DNA from: Longimicrobiales bacterium
Lineage (GTDB): Bacteria > Gemmatimonadota > Gemmatimonadetes > Longimicrobiales > Gaopeijiaceae
Direction: 5' to 3'
NCBI GenBank assembly: GCA_041690395.1
Contig: JAWLHJ010000006.1
Span: 38,530-102,529, forward strand
Length of the DNA: 64,000 nt
The position numbers and the translations under genes are program-made. Positions 46,696 to 56,815 of this stretch are shown here, piece by piece. Positions within the stretch are counted from its first letter, which is position 1, and the number at the start of each line of letters is the position of its first letter. The notes below the pieces were generated by a model. It did no database searches, had not been told where the DNA came from, and saw nothing but the letters and a program-made list of their open reading frames with translations.

Positions 46696-47109
46696 TCACC
46701 GAGGGGGCGGATCGCCGTCGACGGTGTCCGGGTCCAGCAGCGAAGCCCTCGGCTCCAGCTCACGGGCGCGCTCGAGCGCGGCGGTCGCCTCCTCCTCCTG
46801 GCCGAGGGCGGCGGCGGCCATGTACACCCCGAACCAGGCCGCCGCCGACTCCGGGTCGACCACCGTGGCCTCTCGATACTGCTCCAGCGCCGCAGCGGGA
46901 TCCCGGGCGCGCATCGCGGTGTTTCCGCTATCCAGATGCGCGACGAGCCGAGGGTCGAGGGCCTCGCGAGCCCGGCGAACGTCGTCGGGCGTGACCGAGT
47001 CCGTGCGCTGGTCGTCCCCCCCGCACCCCGTCAGTAGGAGACCGCACAGGAGCGCCGTGCCCCACCACCGGCGCGGCGTCCGGAACCGCATCGCCCCGGG
47101 AGTCTTCAT
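46696..47109 (-). CDS. TPR lipoprotein
   Basis: Lipobox LTGC; TPR AALEQYREA...DP...AWFG; ATGA overlap with upstream cytochrome. Confidence 0.75.
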   Translation of the reverse strand: MKTPGAMRFRTPRRWWGTALLCGLLLTGCGGDDQRTDSVTPDDVRRAREALDPRLVAHLDSGNTAMRARDPAAALEQYREATVVDPESAAAWFGVYMAAAALGQEEEATAALERARELEPRASLLDPDTVDGDPPPR

Positions 47110-48533
47110 GCGCCCCCCGACAGCGGATTGCCGACATGACACGCCAGGCAGGTCCTGGGCGAGCGGGCCCATGCCGACTCGGCGTCGAAGCCCGGCTCGT
47201 GGGGGCTGACGCTGAACGAGCCCAGCACCCCGTGGCACTGCACGCAGTCCCGCTGCTGATGGCACGACGCGCAGCTTTCGAGATTCTGCCGCGCGGCCTG
47301 GCCATGGCGAAGGAGCCAGACGGGCTCGGCGTCGTGGTATCCGGCACCGAGGCGCCCCGTGGACCCGAAGCCGCTCTCGATATGGCAGGACCGGCAGAAC
47401 ACGGCGGTTTCGTGGCAGCTGGCGCACTCGTCGGCCCGGCCGAATGCCGTGGCGGCGTGCGATCCGACGAAGCCGTTCGGATGATAGCTGGCGCCCGCGG
47501 GACCATCGTGACAGTCCGTGCAGGACGCCTCGGTATGACATGTCGCGCATGTGCCGTCGTCGGCGGCCGCCATCGTGGCGTGCGCCTCCATGAAGAACGG
47601 CGACTCGTGGGATCCGGGCTCGGAGCGTGACAGCCCGACGCCGGGGGCGGCCACGTCCGCACGGGCCGGGAGGGCAGCCACGGCCCCCGGTACCGGTGCA
47701 ACGTGACAAGAGCTGCAATCGTCCGCGGTGTGGCAGGTGACGCACCCTTCCGCGGTCGTCGCCGTCGCGTGATCCCAGCCCCAGTCTTCCGTGAGGTGCG
47801 AAGCCGGCACGGGGTAGGCGGCCGTCGCGGCCGGGAGCTCCATGGCGACCGGCGCCCTGGGGACACTGCCGACGACCGGATTGTCGGCGTCGACGTGGCA
47901 GGCCAGGCACCGCTCTGCCGTGTGACAGGTGGCGCAACGTGCGGTGCCGGTCGCCGCGGCCTCCCCGTGCGCTCCGGCCAGGAACGCTCCCTGCTCGTGG
48001 TCGGTGGGGACCGGAAGGTTGGAGATCCGGTCCAACGGGAACCGACTCTCCGACAGAGGCACGTGACAGACCACGCACGCGGCCGGGTCGGCGGCAGGCG
48101 CGGCGAAATGGTCCTCGGGCTCACCTACATGACAACTGAAGCAGCTGGCTTCGATCGCCCGGTCGGGAATGCTCATGCGCGGGCCCCCCGGCTGACTGTG
48201 GCATGCCTCGCAGCTCTGGGCCGGCTCGCCCTCGCTCGCGAGCTCCGCGGCGTGCGACGCGTGGTCGAACGTCAAATTGCTCGGACGGACGCCGGGCGCG
48301 GTCCAGTCGATCGCGGGCAGGTCCGCGCCGTCGTGGCAGCGCGCGCACAGCTCGGCGCCCGGATACCCCGGATCGCCCCCGGGCTCGGCAGGAACGTGGC
48401 ATCCCGTGCAGACCGGGAAGAGTCCGGCATGGTCCTCGTGCGGGAACGGAAGCTCCTGGTCCGGACGGGCGGCGCCCACCGCGGCAGCCGCCACGAGTGC
48501 GCCGAGAGTCAGGGCGAGTACCGGCCACTTCAT
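47106..48533 (-). CDS. Exported multiheme cytochrome c (16 CxxCH)
   Basis: Signal peptide; 16 CxxCH; FPH/FDH c3/c7-like motifs, then paired CxxCH-x4-CxxCH repeats. Confidence 0.92.
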   Translation of the reverse strand: MKWPVLALTLGALVAAAAVGAARPDQELPFPHEDHAGLFPVCTGCHVPAEPGGDPGYPGAELCARCHDGADLPAIDWTAPGVRPSNLTFDHASHAAELASEGEPAQSCEACHSQPGGPRMSIPDRAIEASCFSCHVGEPEDHFAAPAADPAACVVCHVPLSESRFPLDRISNLPVPTDHEQGAFLAGAHGEAAATGTARCATCHTAERCLACHVDADNPVVGSVPRAPVAMELPAATAAYPVPASHLTEDWGWDHATATTAEGCVTCHTADDCSSCHVAPVPGAVAALPARADVAAPGVGLSRSEPGSHESPFFMEAHATMAAADDGTCATCHTEASCTDCHDGPAGASYHPNGFVGSHAATAFGRADECASCHETAVFCRSCHIESGFGSTGRLGAGYHDAEPVWLLRHGQAARQNLESCASCHQQRDCVQCHGVLGSFSVSPHEPGFDAESAWARSPRTCLACHVGNPLSGGA

Positions 48534-49993
48534 CGCTCACCCCCTCCATCGACCGAACCAGGGTCGCGCCCCACCAGGAGCCGGACCGACGTCCAGCCGC
48601 GCGCCTGGTTCCAGGGACTCAGCTCGGCGCTTCCCGTCGTACGATGCCGGAGAATCGACGCTCCGCCGGACACGGACAGTCGATCCGTGACTGGAATCCC
48701 TGCCGACAATCCCCCGCCCAGCGCCCGCCCATCTCCCAGCCGGTACTGCTCGATCTGCTGGAAGGAGCGCAGGAAGAGCGTGACGTGGGTGTCCTCGGCC
48801 GGCGTCCATCCGGTGCGCCCTTCGATCGACGACAGATATCCTCCGGGACCCCACTCCAGGGTGTACGTCGCGCCGACGTTCCACACCGGCGCCGGACGCC
48901 ACCGCACGTCGAGCTCGCCGCGACGTCCCGTGTGCTCGAGCGGCCTCAGGATGACGGCGGTCCCCGTGTCTCCGTACCGGCGCAGCCCGAACGACGAGCG
49001 GAGAGCCCACGCGGCGGACGGCGCCCACCCGACCCGGAGCACGCCCTCCGTATAGGAGACCGGCTCGAAGAATCCCCAGATGGTGGAGAGCGAGAAGTAC
49101 GGCACGTAGCGCGCGGCCGACAGCTCGGCGTGCCAGCGCGCGTCCTGGAAGGTGCGCGCCAGGGTCAGGTGCCCCTTGCCGACGACGCCTCTCCCGAAGT
49201 CGTAGTCGAGGGCGGCCCGGACGGTGCCGACCGGAGCGGCGGCGCTGACGTCGACGGAGGCGCGCTCGGAGGCCAGCCCGGAACGGTCGCCCAGGATCTC
49301 CCTGTGATAGCGGGCCGTCACCGCGGCGGACGCGATCCGTCCCCGCAGCGAGCCGCCGAAGAGGTACACGCTCTGGTCCGGCACGAAGTCCTCGAGACCA
49401 CGGAGCGCCTCGTCGGCCGGCTCCCGGAGGCCTCGGGCGAGGCTTCGTCCTCCGTACCCCTCGACTCGGAAGGCCCGGCGACTGATCCGCACGAGCGCCC
49501 CGTCGAACGACGGAAAGCCGAGCCCCGTGCGCAACTCCTGACGGCCGAGGCGAGCGGTCACGCCGCCGCGCGTGTAGGACCCGTAGGCCAGCATCGCGTC
49601 GAAGCCGTCGTCGGCGCGCGGCCACGGGAACGATCCTCCGAGGTCCTGCCGCGCGCGTAGCTGCACCGTCGCGCTCAGCCCCTGGACCCCGAAGCCCCAC
49701 CCGGTGAGGTACAGGTCCTGGCTCGCGACGGCGGAGAGCTCGGAGTCCTGGGCGACGTAGCACGGCTGGTCCACCGGGCAGGGCTGTGCGAGGGCCACGA
49801 CCGGGCGCATTCCGACGACCTGAGCCGTGGACGACACCCAGCCACGCGCCTGTTGAGCCTCCGCGGCCATGGGAGCCGCGCCGACGGCTAGCCCCAGCAC
49901 GGCCACCGGACGGAGGACGGCGGCGGCCCACCGCGGCCGCACCCCGCGCGAGGGACGGTGACCCACGCGCTCGACCCGACGATGATCCCTCAT
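48530..49993 (-). CDS. Putative outer-membrane porin of a porin-cytochrome complex
   Basis: Signal peptide (AEA-Q); RLGRQ, FDGA, amphipathic strands; between two multiheme genes with ATGA overlaps. Confidence 0.75.
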   Translation of the reverse strand: MRDHRRVERVGHRPSRGVRPRWAAAVLRPVAVLGLAVGAAPMAAEAQQARGWVSSTAQVVGMRPVVALAQPCPVDQPCYVAQDSELSAVASQDLYLTGWGFGVQGLSATVQLRARQDLGGSFPWPRADDGFDAMLAYGSYTRGGVTARLGRQELRTGLGFPSFDGALVRISRRAFRVEGYGGRSLARGLREPADEALRGLEDFVPDQSVYLFGGSLRGRIASAAVTARYHREILGDRSGLASERASVDVSAAAPVGTVRAALDYDFGRGVVGKGHLTLARTFQDARWHAELSAARYVPYFSLSTIWGFFEPVSYTEGVLRVGWAPSAAWALRSSFGLRRYGDTGTAVILRPLEHTGRRGELDVRWRPAPVWNVGATYTLEWGPGGYLSSIEGRTGWTPAEDTHVTLFLRSFQQIEQYRLGDGRALGGGLSAGIPVTDRLSVSGGASILRHRTTGSAELSPWNQARGWTSVRLLVGRDPGSVDGGGER

Positions 49994-51726
49994 CGGCTCG
50001 ACGCGCCGAAGGGCGGTCCCGTCATGGCATGGCACTCCGCGCAATCCTCTCCCGGCCGGTGATCGCGCTCGTCCTGGTGGCACACGAGGCATACGCCGCG
50101 GGTCCGCTCGACGCCCTCGAACGGCAACACCTCGTGGCACCCGCTCCCGGCGCAGCCGACGTGAGCCGTCTCCACCCGGTGGGCACCTTCCGGCGCCGGC
50201 AGATGGCAGGAGGCGCAGTCCACCGACGCGTCGTGATGCGGCTCGTGGCACGACGCGCAGTCGAGCTCGGCCGCCGATCGATCCGGACCCTCCGCATGGC
50301 AGGTCGAGCACGACTCGCCTGCGTGGACTTCGTGGTCGAAGGGGAGCGGGCGTGAGGGCATGTCCCCGACGGAAAGCGCCAGCGCCCGTGTCACCTCGAG
50401 CGAGCCGCCCGTTCCGCTCCGAGAGCCTTCGACGTGGCACGAGACACAGTCACCCGCGACCGGCGCCGTGTGATGGCAACTCCGGCAGTCGGCGATCGTC
50501 TCGACCGTGACCGCGCCGTGCACCGGCTCGCTGGCGTGGCAGTCGCTGCAGGCGACGTCCCGGTGCTCCGAGTGCCGGAAGTCGGGATCCTGGGTCGCGA
50601 TCTGGGGGTGACCGGCCGGGGCGCCGTCGGCGACCAGAGCCGCCCCCGCGGCTGTCGCTTCCGTCGAGGACGGGCCCGGCCGCTCGAGCGACGCGTGGAT
50701 GAATGGTGACGCCGGAGGATGCCCGCCCGCGACTGCTCGAGCCGCGGCGGCCGCCCCGGACGGCGGCCCGTCGTCGAACACGTCCTGATGGCAGGCGAGA
50801 CAATTATCCCCGTCTACCTGGAAGTCGTGCGCCTGGTGGCAGTAGAGGCAATCGGCGGCGACGCCCTCGTCCAGGCCCCGATGGAACGGCGTGAGCGACT
50901 CGGCGTCGGTATGACAGCCGGCCGTCGCGCACGTGTTCGCCGCCTCGGCCGGCGTGGCCTGCACGTGCGGGTTGTGGCACGAAGCGCAGGTGCCGTCGTG
51001 GGGATCGTCGGCGGGCATCGTCGCCAGCGCCTGCATGGCGTGACACGACAGACACGTGTCCTCGTTCGGCGCCAGCGCGGCGAGGGCCGCGTCGGTCCCC
51101 TCCTGGGTGACGCCTACGTTGAAGCCGTGACAGGCGGCGCAGTGGATCGTGAGGTCGCTCATGGCGCCGAGCTGGATGCCGCTGTCGGTGTGACACCCCG
51201 ACTGGGCGCACGTCTGGTCGCTCGCCGCGAACTCGTGGAGCGAGCTCGAGTGGCACTCGACGCACTGGAGTCCCTCCAGCGCCGGGTCGTCCGACTCCAG
51301 GTGGACCGTGTGTCCGGCGGTGGCGGCGACGACCTGCCAGCGATCGGGATCGCCGTTGATATGGCAGTCGGCGCACAGGTCGTTGGGCACGTTCGCGTGG
51401 ACGGAGATCTCGTCCGGATTCTCGACGAACTGGGTGAGCCCCATCCGGCTCCGCTCGATCAGCGTCGGCTGATGGCAATCCTTGCAGCCGAGCTCCTGAT
51501 GGGCGCTACGAGCGAACCGTTCGTATGGATCGACCATGAGGTGGCACGACAGGCAGAAGTCGTTGTCGTGCTCGACGAAGTCGTAGGTCTGGTACGCGTA
51601 GTACCCGCCCGTACCGACCAACCCCACGATGACGACCGCCAGGCCCGCCAACGCCGGCAGCGACAGCGCGCCGATCCAGCGGCGGATGCGGTCCCCGCGC
51701 GGCCTTTCAGGAGGGTCGGAAGCCAT
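49990..51726 (-). CDS. Membrane-anchored NapC/NirT-like multiheme cytochrome (17 CxxCH + 3 CX4CH)
   Basis: N-terminal TM, DFCLSCHLM (CxxCHxM), S.H..LGCKDCH; 20 heme motifs. Confidence 0.9.
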   Translation of the reverse strand: MASDPPERPRGDRIRRWIGALSLPALAGLAVVIVGLVGTGGYYAYQTYDFVEHDNDFCLSCHLMVDPYERFARSAHQELGCKDCHQPTLIERSRMGLTQFVENPDEISVHANVPNDLCADCHINGDPDRWQVVAATAGHTVHLESDDPALEGLQCVECHSSSLHEFAASDQTCAQSGCHTDSGIQLGAMSDLTIHCAACHGFNVGVTQEGTDAALAALAPNEDTCLSCHAMQALATMPADDPHDGTCASCHNPHVQATPAEAANTCATAGCHTDAESLTPFHRGLDEGVAADCLYCHQAHDFQVDGDNCLACHQDVFDDGPPSGAAAAARAVAGGHPPASPFIHASLERPGPSSTEATAAGAALVADGAPAGHPQIATQDPDFRHSEHRDVACSDCHASEPVHGAVTVETIADCRSCHHTAPVAGDCVSCHVEGSRSGTGGSLEVTRALALSVGDMPSRPLPFDHEVHAGESCSTCHAEGPDRSAAELDCASCHEPHHDASVDCASCHLPAPEGAHRVETAHVGCAGSGCHEVLPFEGVERTRGVCLVCHQDERDHRPGEDCAECHAMTGPPFGASSR

Positions 51727-51749
51727 GGCGGCTCAGGCGCTCGCTTGCC

Positions 51750-53180
51750 TCACCGCCCCCCGTGGAGGGCCGCTGCCCGTGGCGGCGCCGTGACCGAGTA
51801 GCGCGACTCGACCTCGGTGATCGTGGCCTGGAGGAGCGCCTCGATCAGGAAGGGGTTGTGCACCGCGGCCCCCGGAGATCTCGCCAATTCGAGGTTGAAC
51901 TGCGCACCCTCGCCCACCGTGTAGCGGTCGTCCGTCTCGTCGAACTCGGTCTCCGGAATCTGCGCGATGAGCGCCTCGAGATCGTCGGCATCCGCGGCGA
52001 TCTGATTCTCGGCGTTCACCTGGAGGCCGCGCGCGACGTCGGGTGCACCATGGCACCCGGCCGTCGCGCAGGTGGCGAAGGAGCGCTCTTCGGGCGCGCA
52101 ATCCGCCGCTCCCGTCGGAATACCGGCTCCGTCCACGCAGGGGGTGGCCTCGAAGGAGTGCCCGGTGGACTGGAAGAGGAGATCGTCCGTCTCCGAGTCG
52201 GTCACCTCGAAGGACTGGACATGACAGGAAGCGCAGAGGCCGGGGTTCGCCTCGGGCGTACCGTGCGTGCCGACTATCCGCCCGCCCGGGAACGACATGT
52301 TCGGCGGCCACCAACCGGCGACGCCGAGCAGCGTCGGCCCTTCCGGGGAATGCGGGCCGCGGAAGGTCGTGGGATCCGGGGTCCCCCGCTTGTTGTGGCA
52401 CATCATGCAGAGGTTCTGGTCCTCGTCCGGCACGTCGATGGCGAAGCGGAGCTGAGCCGGATTGTCGGACCCGTGCGGATCGTGACAGACCGCGCAGGTG
52501 ATCGCCAGGTGCTCGCCCGGCGCCGCGACGTCCGCCTGCTCCAGATAGGACGTCTTCACCCCCATCATGGCGAGCGCACCCTCACCCGTGTGGCAGCTCG
52601 TGCAGGCGGGGTTGCCGGCGGGGTACGCCTGCACCCGGCCGTGGGCCGACTCGGCCCACTCGTCGGCGAACGGATGGTGAGCGCCCTGGTGGCACTCCGC
52701 GCACCCGAGCGTCAGGTCGAGACCCACGTCCATGGGCGCCAGAGGGACCGTCGCGTCGTTCGGATTCGTGACGTGCGCCAGACCGGGGCCGTGGCAGGCC
52801 TCACACTGGACGTCCTGGTAGCGAACCTCGCCGGTGGCGGCGTGCCCGACCGTGCCCGTGCTCACGTTGCCCAGCTCGCCCACCGTGTGACACCCCTCGC
52901 AGAAGGCCTGCGAGTGCCCGCTGTCCTGGAGCCCGTCCCAGGCGTCGGCGTGGGCGGTCTCGACCCACTCACCCTGCGTACCGATGTGGCAATTGCCGCA
53001 GACGGTCAGCTTGTCGTCCGAGTCCGTGTATCCGAGGAAGTCGCCCGCCTCTGAGAGCGGATCCTCGAAAAGCTCACGGTCCTGGAAGACCACCCGCTCG
53101 TCGACGCACCCCGACGCGACGAACAGCGTGAGGAGGAGGACCAGTAGCTGGGGGACGCGCGGGCTGGGACGGTTCTTCAT
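51750..53180 (-). CDS. Lipoprotein multiheme cytochrome c (8 CxxCH + 1 CX4CH)
   Basis: Lipobox ASGC; W..TAHA, VQCEACHGPG, ITCAVCHDPH, C-terminal AVHNP. Confidence 0.9.
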   Translation of the reverse strand: MKNRPSPRVPQLLVLLLTLFVASGCVDERVVFQDRELFEDPLSEAGDFLGYTDSDDKLTVCGNCHIGTQGEWVETAHADAWDGLQDSGHSQAFCEGCHTVGELGNVSTGTVGHAATGEVRYQDVQCEACHGPGLAHVTNPNDATVPLAPMDVGLDLTLGCAECHQGAHHPFADEWAESAHGRVQAYPAGNPACTSCHTGEGALAMMGVKTSYLEQADVAAPGEHLAITCAVCHDPHGSDNPAQLRFAIDVPDEDQNLCMMCHNKRGTPDPTTFRGPHSPEGPTLLGVAGWWPPNMSFPGGRIVGTHGTPEANPGLCASCHVQSFEVTDSETDDLLFQSTGHSFEATPCVDGAGIPTGAADCAPEERSFATCATAGCHGAPDVARGLQVNAENQIAADADDLEALIAQIPETEFDETDDRYTVGEGAQFNLELARSPGAAVHNPFLIEALLQATITEVESRYSVTAPPRAAALHGGR

Positions 53181-53459
53181 GGACGCTCTCCGACTTCCGT
53201 TCTGCGACGAGCGCGAGGTTCGCTCGTCGCGGTGAGCCGGAAGCTCGCCGCAGGGGCGAAGGCGCGCTGTCGGGAAAATCCCGATTCGTCCGGATGGGGG
53301 TGTCCGTGATGTTACGGACCCGAACACACCCAACATTCAAGAGTGGGCGCCCGACCGCAAGGTATGGGCGGTCGCGGCGAAGCTACGGATGGGTCACGAA
53401 GCCCACCGGGTGAGCGGACGGCCGGCTTCGGGGCGGCGCCGAGCTCGGGTGGGGCCGAC

Positions 53460-54644
53460 TCAGTACGCCGCGATGCCCGTGACGGCCTGCCCCAGGATCA
53501 GCGAGTGGATGTCGTGCGTCCCTTCGTACGTGTAGACCGACTCCAGGTTGGCCATGTGCCGCATCGAGTGGTACTCGACGAGGATGCCGTTGCCCCCGAG
53601 CAGCCGACGCGCCTCACGGGCGATGTCCGTCGCCATGTCGCAGTTCGCGCGCTTGGCGAGCGACACCTGCTGCGGGGTCATCGTCCCCTCGTCCTTCATG
53701 CGGCCGAGCCGGTAGGTGAGGAGCTGGCCCTGGGTGATCTTCGTGAGCATGTCGGCGAGCCGCACCTGCTGGATCTGCTTCCCGCCGATGACCGTGTCGA
53801 ACATCACTCGCTCCTTCGCGTAGGCGCGCGCCTCGTCGAAGCACGCCATCGCGGCGCCGACCACGCCCCAGGAGATGCCGTAACGGGCCTGCGTGAGGCA
53901 CATGAGCGGATGCTTGAGTCCACGCGTGGTGTCGGGCATTAGGGCATCCTCGGGGAGCTCGACGTCCTCGAGGACCAGCTCGCTGGTGTCGGAGGCGAGC
54001 AGCGACAGCTTCCCTTTCTGGTCGCGGGCGCTGAAGCCGGGCGTATCGGTCGGGACCACGAAGCCGCGGATCCCCTTGGGATCGCCGATCTCCCCCGTCT
54101 GGGCCCAGATCACCGCGACGTCGGACATGGAGCCGTTGGTGATCCACATCTTGGCGCCGTTCAGGACCCACCCGTCCGACGTCTTCTTCGCGGTGGTGAT
54201 CATCCCCGCGGGGTTCGAGCCGTAGTCGGGTTCCGTGAGTCCGAAGCACCCGATCGCTTCACCGGTCGCGAGCTTGGGCAGCCAGGTGCGGCGGTGCTCC
54301 TCGCTCCCGAACGCGAAGATCGGGTACATGACGAGCGCGCCCTGGACCGACACGAACGAGCGGATGCCCGAATCGCCCCGCTCGAGCTCCTGCATGATGA
54401 GGCCGTAGGCGACGTTGTTCAGCCCCGCGCATCCGTACTCCTCCGGGAGGTTCGCTCCGAGGACACCGAGCTCGCCCATCTCCGGGATGAGCTCCTTCGG
54501 AAAGCGGCGCTGGATGTATGCGTCGCCGATGACGGGCATGAGCCGGTCCTCCACCCAGTCCCGGACGGTGTCGCGCACCATCCGCTCCTCTTCCGAGAGA
54601 AGGGAGTCGATGTCGTAGAAGTCGATGCCTTCGAAGCGCGCCAT
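53460..54644 (-). CDS. gcdH: Glutaryl-CoA dehydrogenase
   Basis: ELERGDSGIRS, CFGLTEPDYGS, NLESVYTYEGTHDIH. Confidence 0.85.
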   Translation of the reverse strand: MARFEGIDFYDIDSLLSEEERMVRDTVRDWVEDRLMPVIGDAYIQRRFPKELIPEMGELGVLGANLPEEYGCAGLNNVAYGLIMQELERGDSGIRSFVSVQGALVMYPIFAFGSEEHRRTWLPKLATGEAIGCFGLTEPDYGSNPAGMITTAKKTSDGWVLNGAKMWITNGSMSDVAVIWAQTGEIGDPKGIRGFVVPTDTPGFSARDQKGKLSLLASDTSELVLEDVELPEDALMPDTTRGLKHPLMCLTQARYGISWGVVGAAMACFDEARAYAKERVMFDTVIGGKQIQQVRLADMLTKITQGQLLTYRLGRMKDEGTMTPQQVSLAKRANCDMATDIAREARRLLGGNGILVEYHSMRHMANLESVYTYEGTHDIHSLILGQAVTGIAAY

Positions 54645-54867
54645 GTCGGGAAGTCTGTCGGGGCCGGTGGCCCGTGGAACGTCGGTCGGAGATCAGCAAG
54701 ATAACCCACGGTCCCGGCCAGGAGATCCCCCGCAGGCCCGGTGGGAGGCCATTTAATCGCCCCGCCAAGACCCCTTCGCCACCCTTCCGCACGTCCCGGC
54801 CACCCATTCCCGAACTCGAAATACAGGGCTGTCCCGGACGTCTCACGCGATAGATAAGGGAGGACTG

Positions 54868-56340
54868 ATGATGATGGGTCATGTTCGCGCATGGGCCGGG
54901 CGGATCACGCTCGGGCTGGCGCTATTCGTTCTGAGCGGCTGCGACGAGAGCGGTACCGCGCCGCGAGTGGTGGACGACGTCACCGTCTCGCCCGGTGATA
55001 CGACGCTCATGGTCGGCGAGACCTTGCAGCTGCAGGTCGTGGCGCGCGACGCCGCCGGGGAGCGGATCGACGGCCTCGTGGCGGTGTGGAGCACGCAGAA
55101 CGGCGACGTCGCATCCGTTTCGGCCGGCGGCCTCCTCACGGCGGTGGCGACCGGCGCGACCCGGGTTACCGCCACGATGGGCGGAGTGGACGGAGCGATG
55201 GATGTGGTGGTGGAAGGCGAGGACCCGGGCCCGACGCCGGGACCGGTGGCCAGCGTCACCCTCGATCGGGTCGCGGTGAGCCTCGAGGAAGGCGACGCCA
55301 CCACGCTGGTGGCCACCGCACGGGACGCCGCCGGTACCGTCGTGACGGGCCGCGTCGTGCAGTGGACGACGTCGAACGCGGCGGTGGCACAGGTGGGCTT
55401 CTTCGGCCAGGTGTCGGGCGTGAAGGTCGGATCGGCCCGGGTGACCGCGCGGGTGGACGGAGCCACGGCCACCGCCGACGTCTCGGTGACGGCGGACTAC
55501 GGTTACGACCTGCTGTACGACATGTCGGAGGCGGTGGAGGTGGCGCCGGTGCTGTTCCGACTCCCGATCACCGAGGCGGACGCGGTGCCCGAGCGCGTCT
55601 TCCCGGGACGGGCGGGCTTCGACGCGACGGTGTCGCCGGCCGGAGACCGGATCGCGTTCCGGGCCTACGCCGACGGAGGCTCGCAGATCTGGGTGGCCGA
55701 CCTCGACGGGAGCGACAGCCTGAAGGTCGCGGGCGAGCCGGGCTGGAATCTGGAGTCGCCCAGCTGGTCGCCCGACGGCCGGCGGATCGTCTTCCACGGG
55801 TGGTCCCCGACTGAGCCCGTGACCCGGATCTGGGTGGTGGACGCGGACGGAACGGACCTCGTGCCCCTGACGTCCTCCGACCAGGACGGAGGCTCGAACC
55901 AATGGCCGGCGTGGTCGCCGGAGCGGGTCGGTGGAGACCGGATCGCCTACACCCGCATCGCGGACGGCCGTGCACACCTCTGGACCATGCGCCCGGACGG
56001 AACCGGCAAGACGCAGATCACGACCGGTAACGTGGCCGACATGAAACCCGCCTGGTCACCCGACGGGGAGCGCATCGCGTTCGAGCGGTATGGGGACACC
56101 ACAGGGGGCGGCGGCGACATCTGGCTCGTCCACGCGTCCGGCGCTTCCCCCCAGCGGCTCACGAATCTGCCGCTCGGCCAGTTCGACCCTGCGTGGTCTC
56201 CCGACGGACGGCTGATCGCCTTCAGCTCCGGCCTCAGCAGCGAGCTCCAGATCTACACGATCTGGACGGACGGCTCGAAGCTGGCCCAGCGGACCTCCGG
56301 CGAGCGGCCGCACGAGCGGCCGACCTGGATCCGGAAGTGA
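54868..56340 (+). CDS. Lipoprotein with two Big_2 Ig-like domains and TolB-like PD40 propeller
   Basis: LSGC; WST/WTTSNAAVA repeats; multiple PxWSPDG repeats. Confidence 0.85.
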   Translation: MMMGHVRAWAGRITLGLALFVLSGCDESGTAPRVVDDVTVSPGDTTLMVGETLQLQVVARDAAGERIDGLVAVWSTQNGDVASVSAGGLLTAVATGATRVTATMGGVDGAMDVVVEGEDPGPTPGPVASVTLDRVAVSLEEGDATTLVATARDAAGTVVTGRVVQWTTSNAAVAQVGFFGQVSGVKVGSARVTARVDGATATADVSVTADYGYDLLYDMSEAVEVAPVLFRLPITEADAVPERVFPGRAGFDATVSPAGDRIAFRAYADGGSQIWVADLDGSDSLKVAGEPGWNLESPSWSPDGRRIVFHGWSPTEPVTRIWVVDADGTDLVPLTSSDQDGGSNQWPAWSPERVGGDRIAYTRIADGRAHLWTMRPDGTGKTQITTGNVADMKPAWSPDGERIAFERYGDTTGGGGDIWLVHASGASPQRLTNLPLGQFDPAWSPDGRLIAFSSGLSSELQIYTIWTDGSKLAQRTSGERPHERPTWIRK

Positions 56341-56386
56341 GTGATCGATGCCCCGGCGTGGGGTCGTGCCGGGAGGGAGACGAGCG

Positions 56387-56416
56387 CGGGGGCGGGCCGG
56401 AAGCGGCCCGCCCCCG
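56387..56416. terminator. Hairpin between convergent genes
   Basis: CGGGGGCGGGCCG-GAAG-CGGCCCGCCCCCG. Confidence 0.65.
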
Positions 56417-56420
56417 TCGC

Positions 56421-56792
56421 TCATTCGGGCGCGTCTTCCGGGGGCAGCTCCGGCGGCCGCGCCTCCACCGCGCGTCGGTTCCGGAAGCGCATGACGCCGT
56501 AGGCGAACTCCCGCATGACCTTCTGCCCGATCCAGATCGCGGCGACCACGGTCCCGGCCCACGCGCCTACGAGCACCCGCGGGCGGATACCCAGCCAGAT
56601 GTAGAGCGCGACCCCCGCGCCGATCACCAGCCCCCCCAGCCATCCCCACCAGGCCGCACGGTTGCGCGCATCTCTGCGGCATGCGTCGCACCAGAGGAGC
56701 CGGTCGAGGTTCATGACGTCGTGAACCTCGAGGCACCGGATGCAGGTCACCTCCTCCGGATACCGGTCTCGCCAGGTCGGACGGTCGGCCAT
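56421..56792 (-). CDS. Small Zn-finger membrane protein
   Basis: CIRC...CDAC followed by two TMs. Confidence 0.7.
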   Translation of the reverse strand: MADRPTWRDRYPEEVTCIRCLEVHDVMNLDRLLWCDACRRDARNRAAWWGWLGGLVIGAGVALYIWLGIRPRVLVGAWAGTVVAAIWIGQKVMREFAYGVMRFRNRRAVEARPPELPPEDAPE

Positions 56793-56815
56793 GATCGCTC
56801 CCCGTTCCTCTCGAC

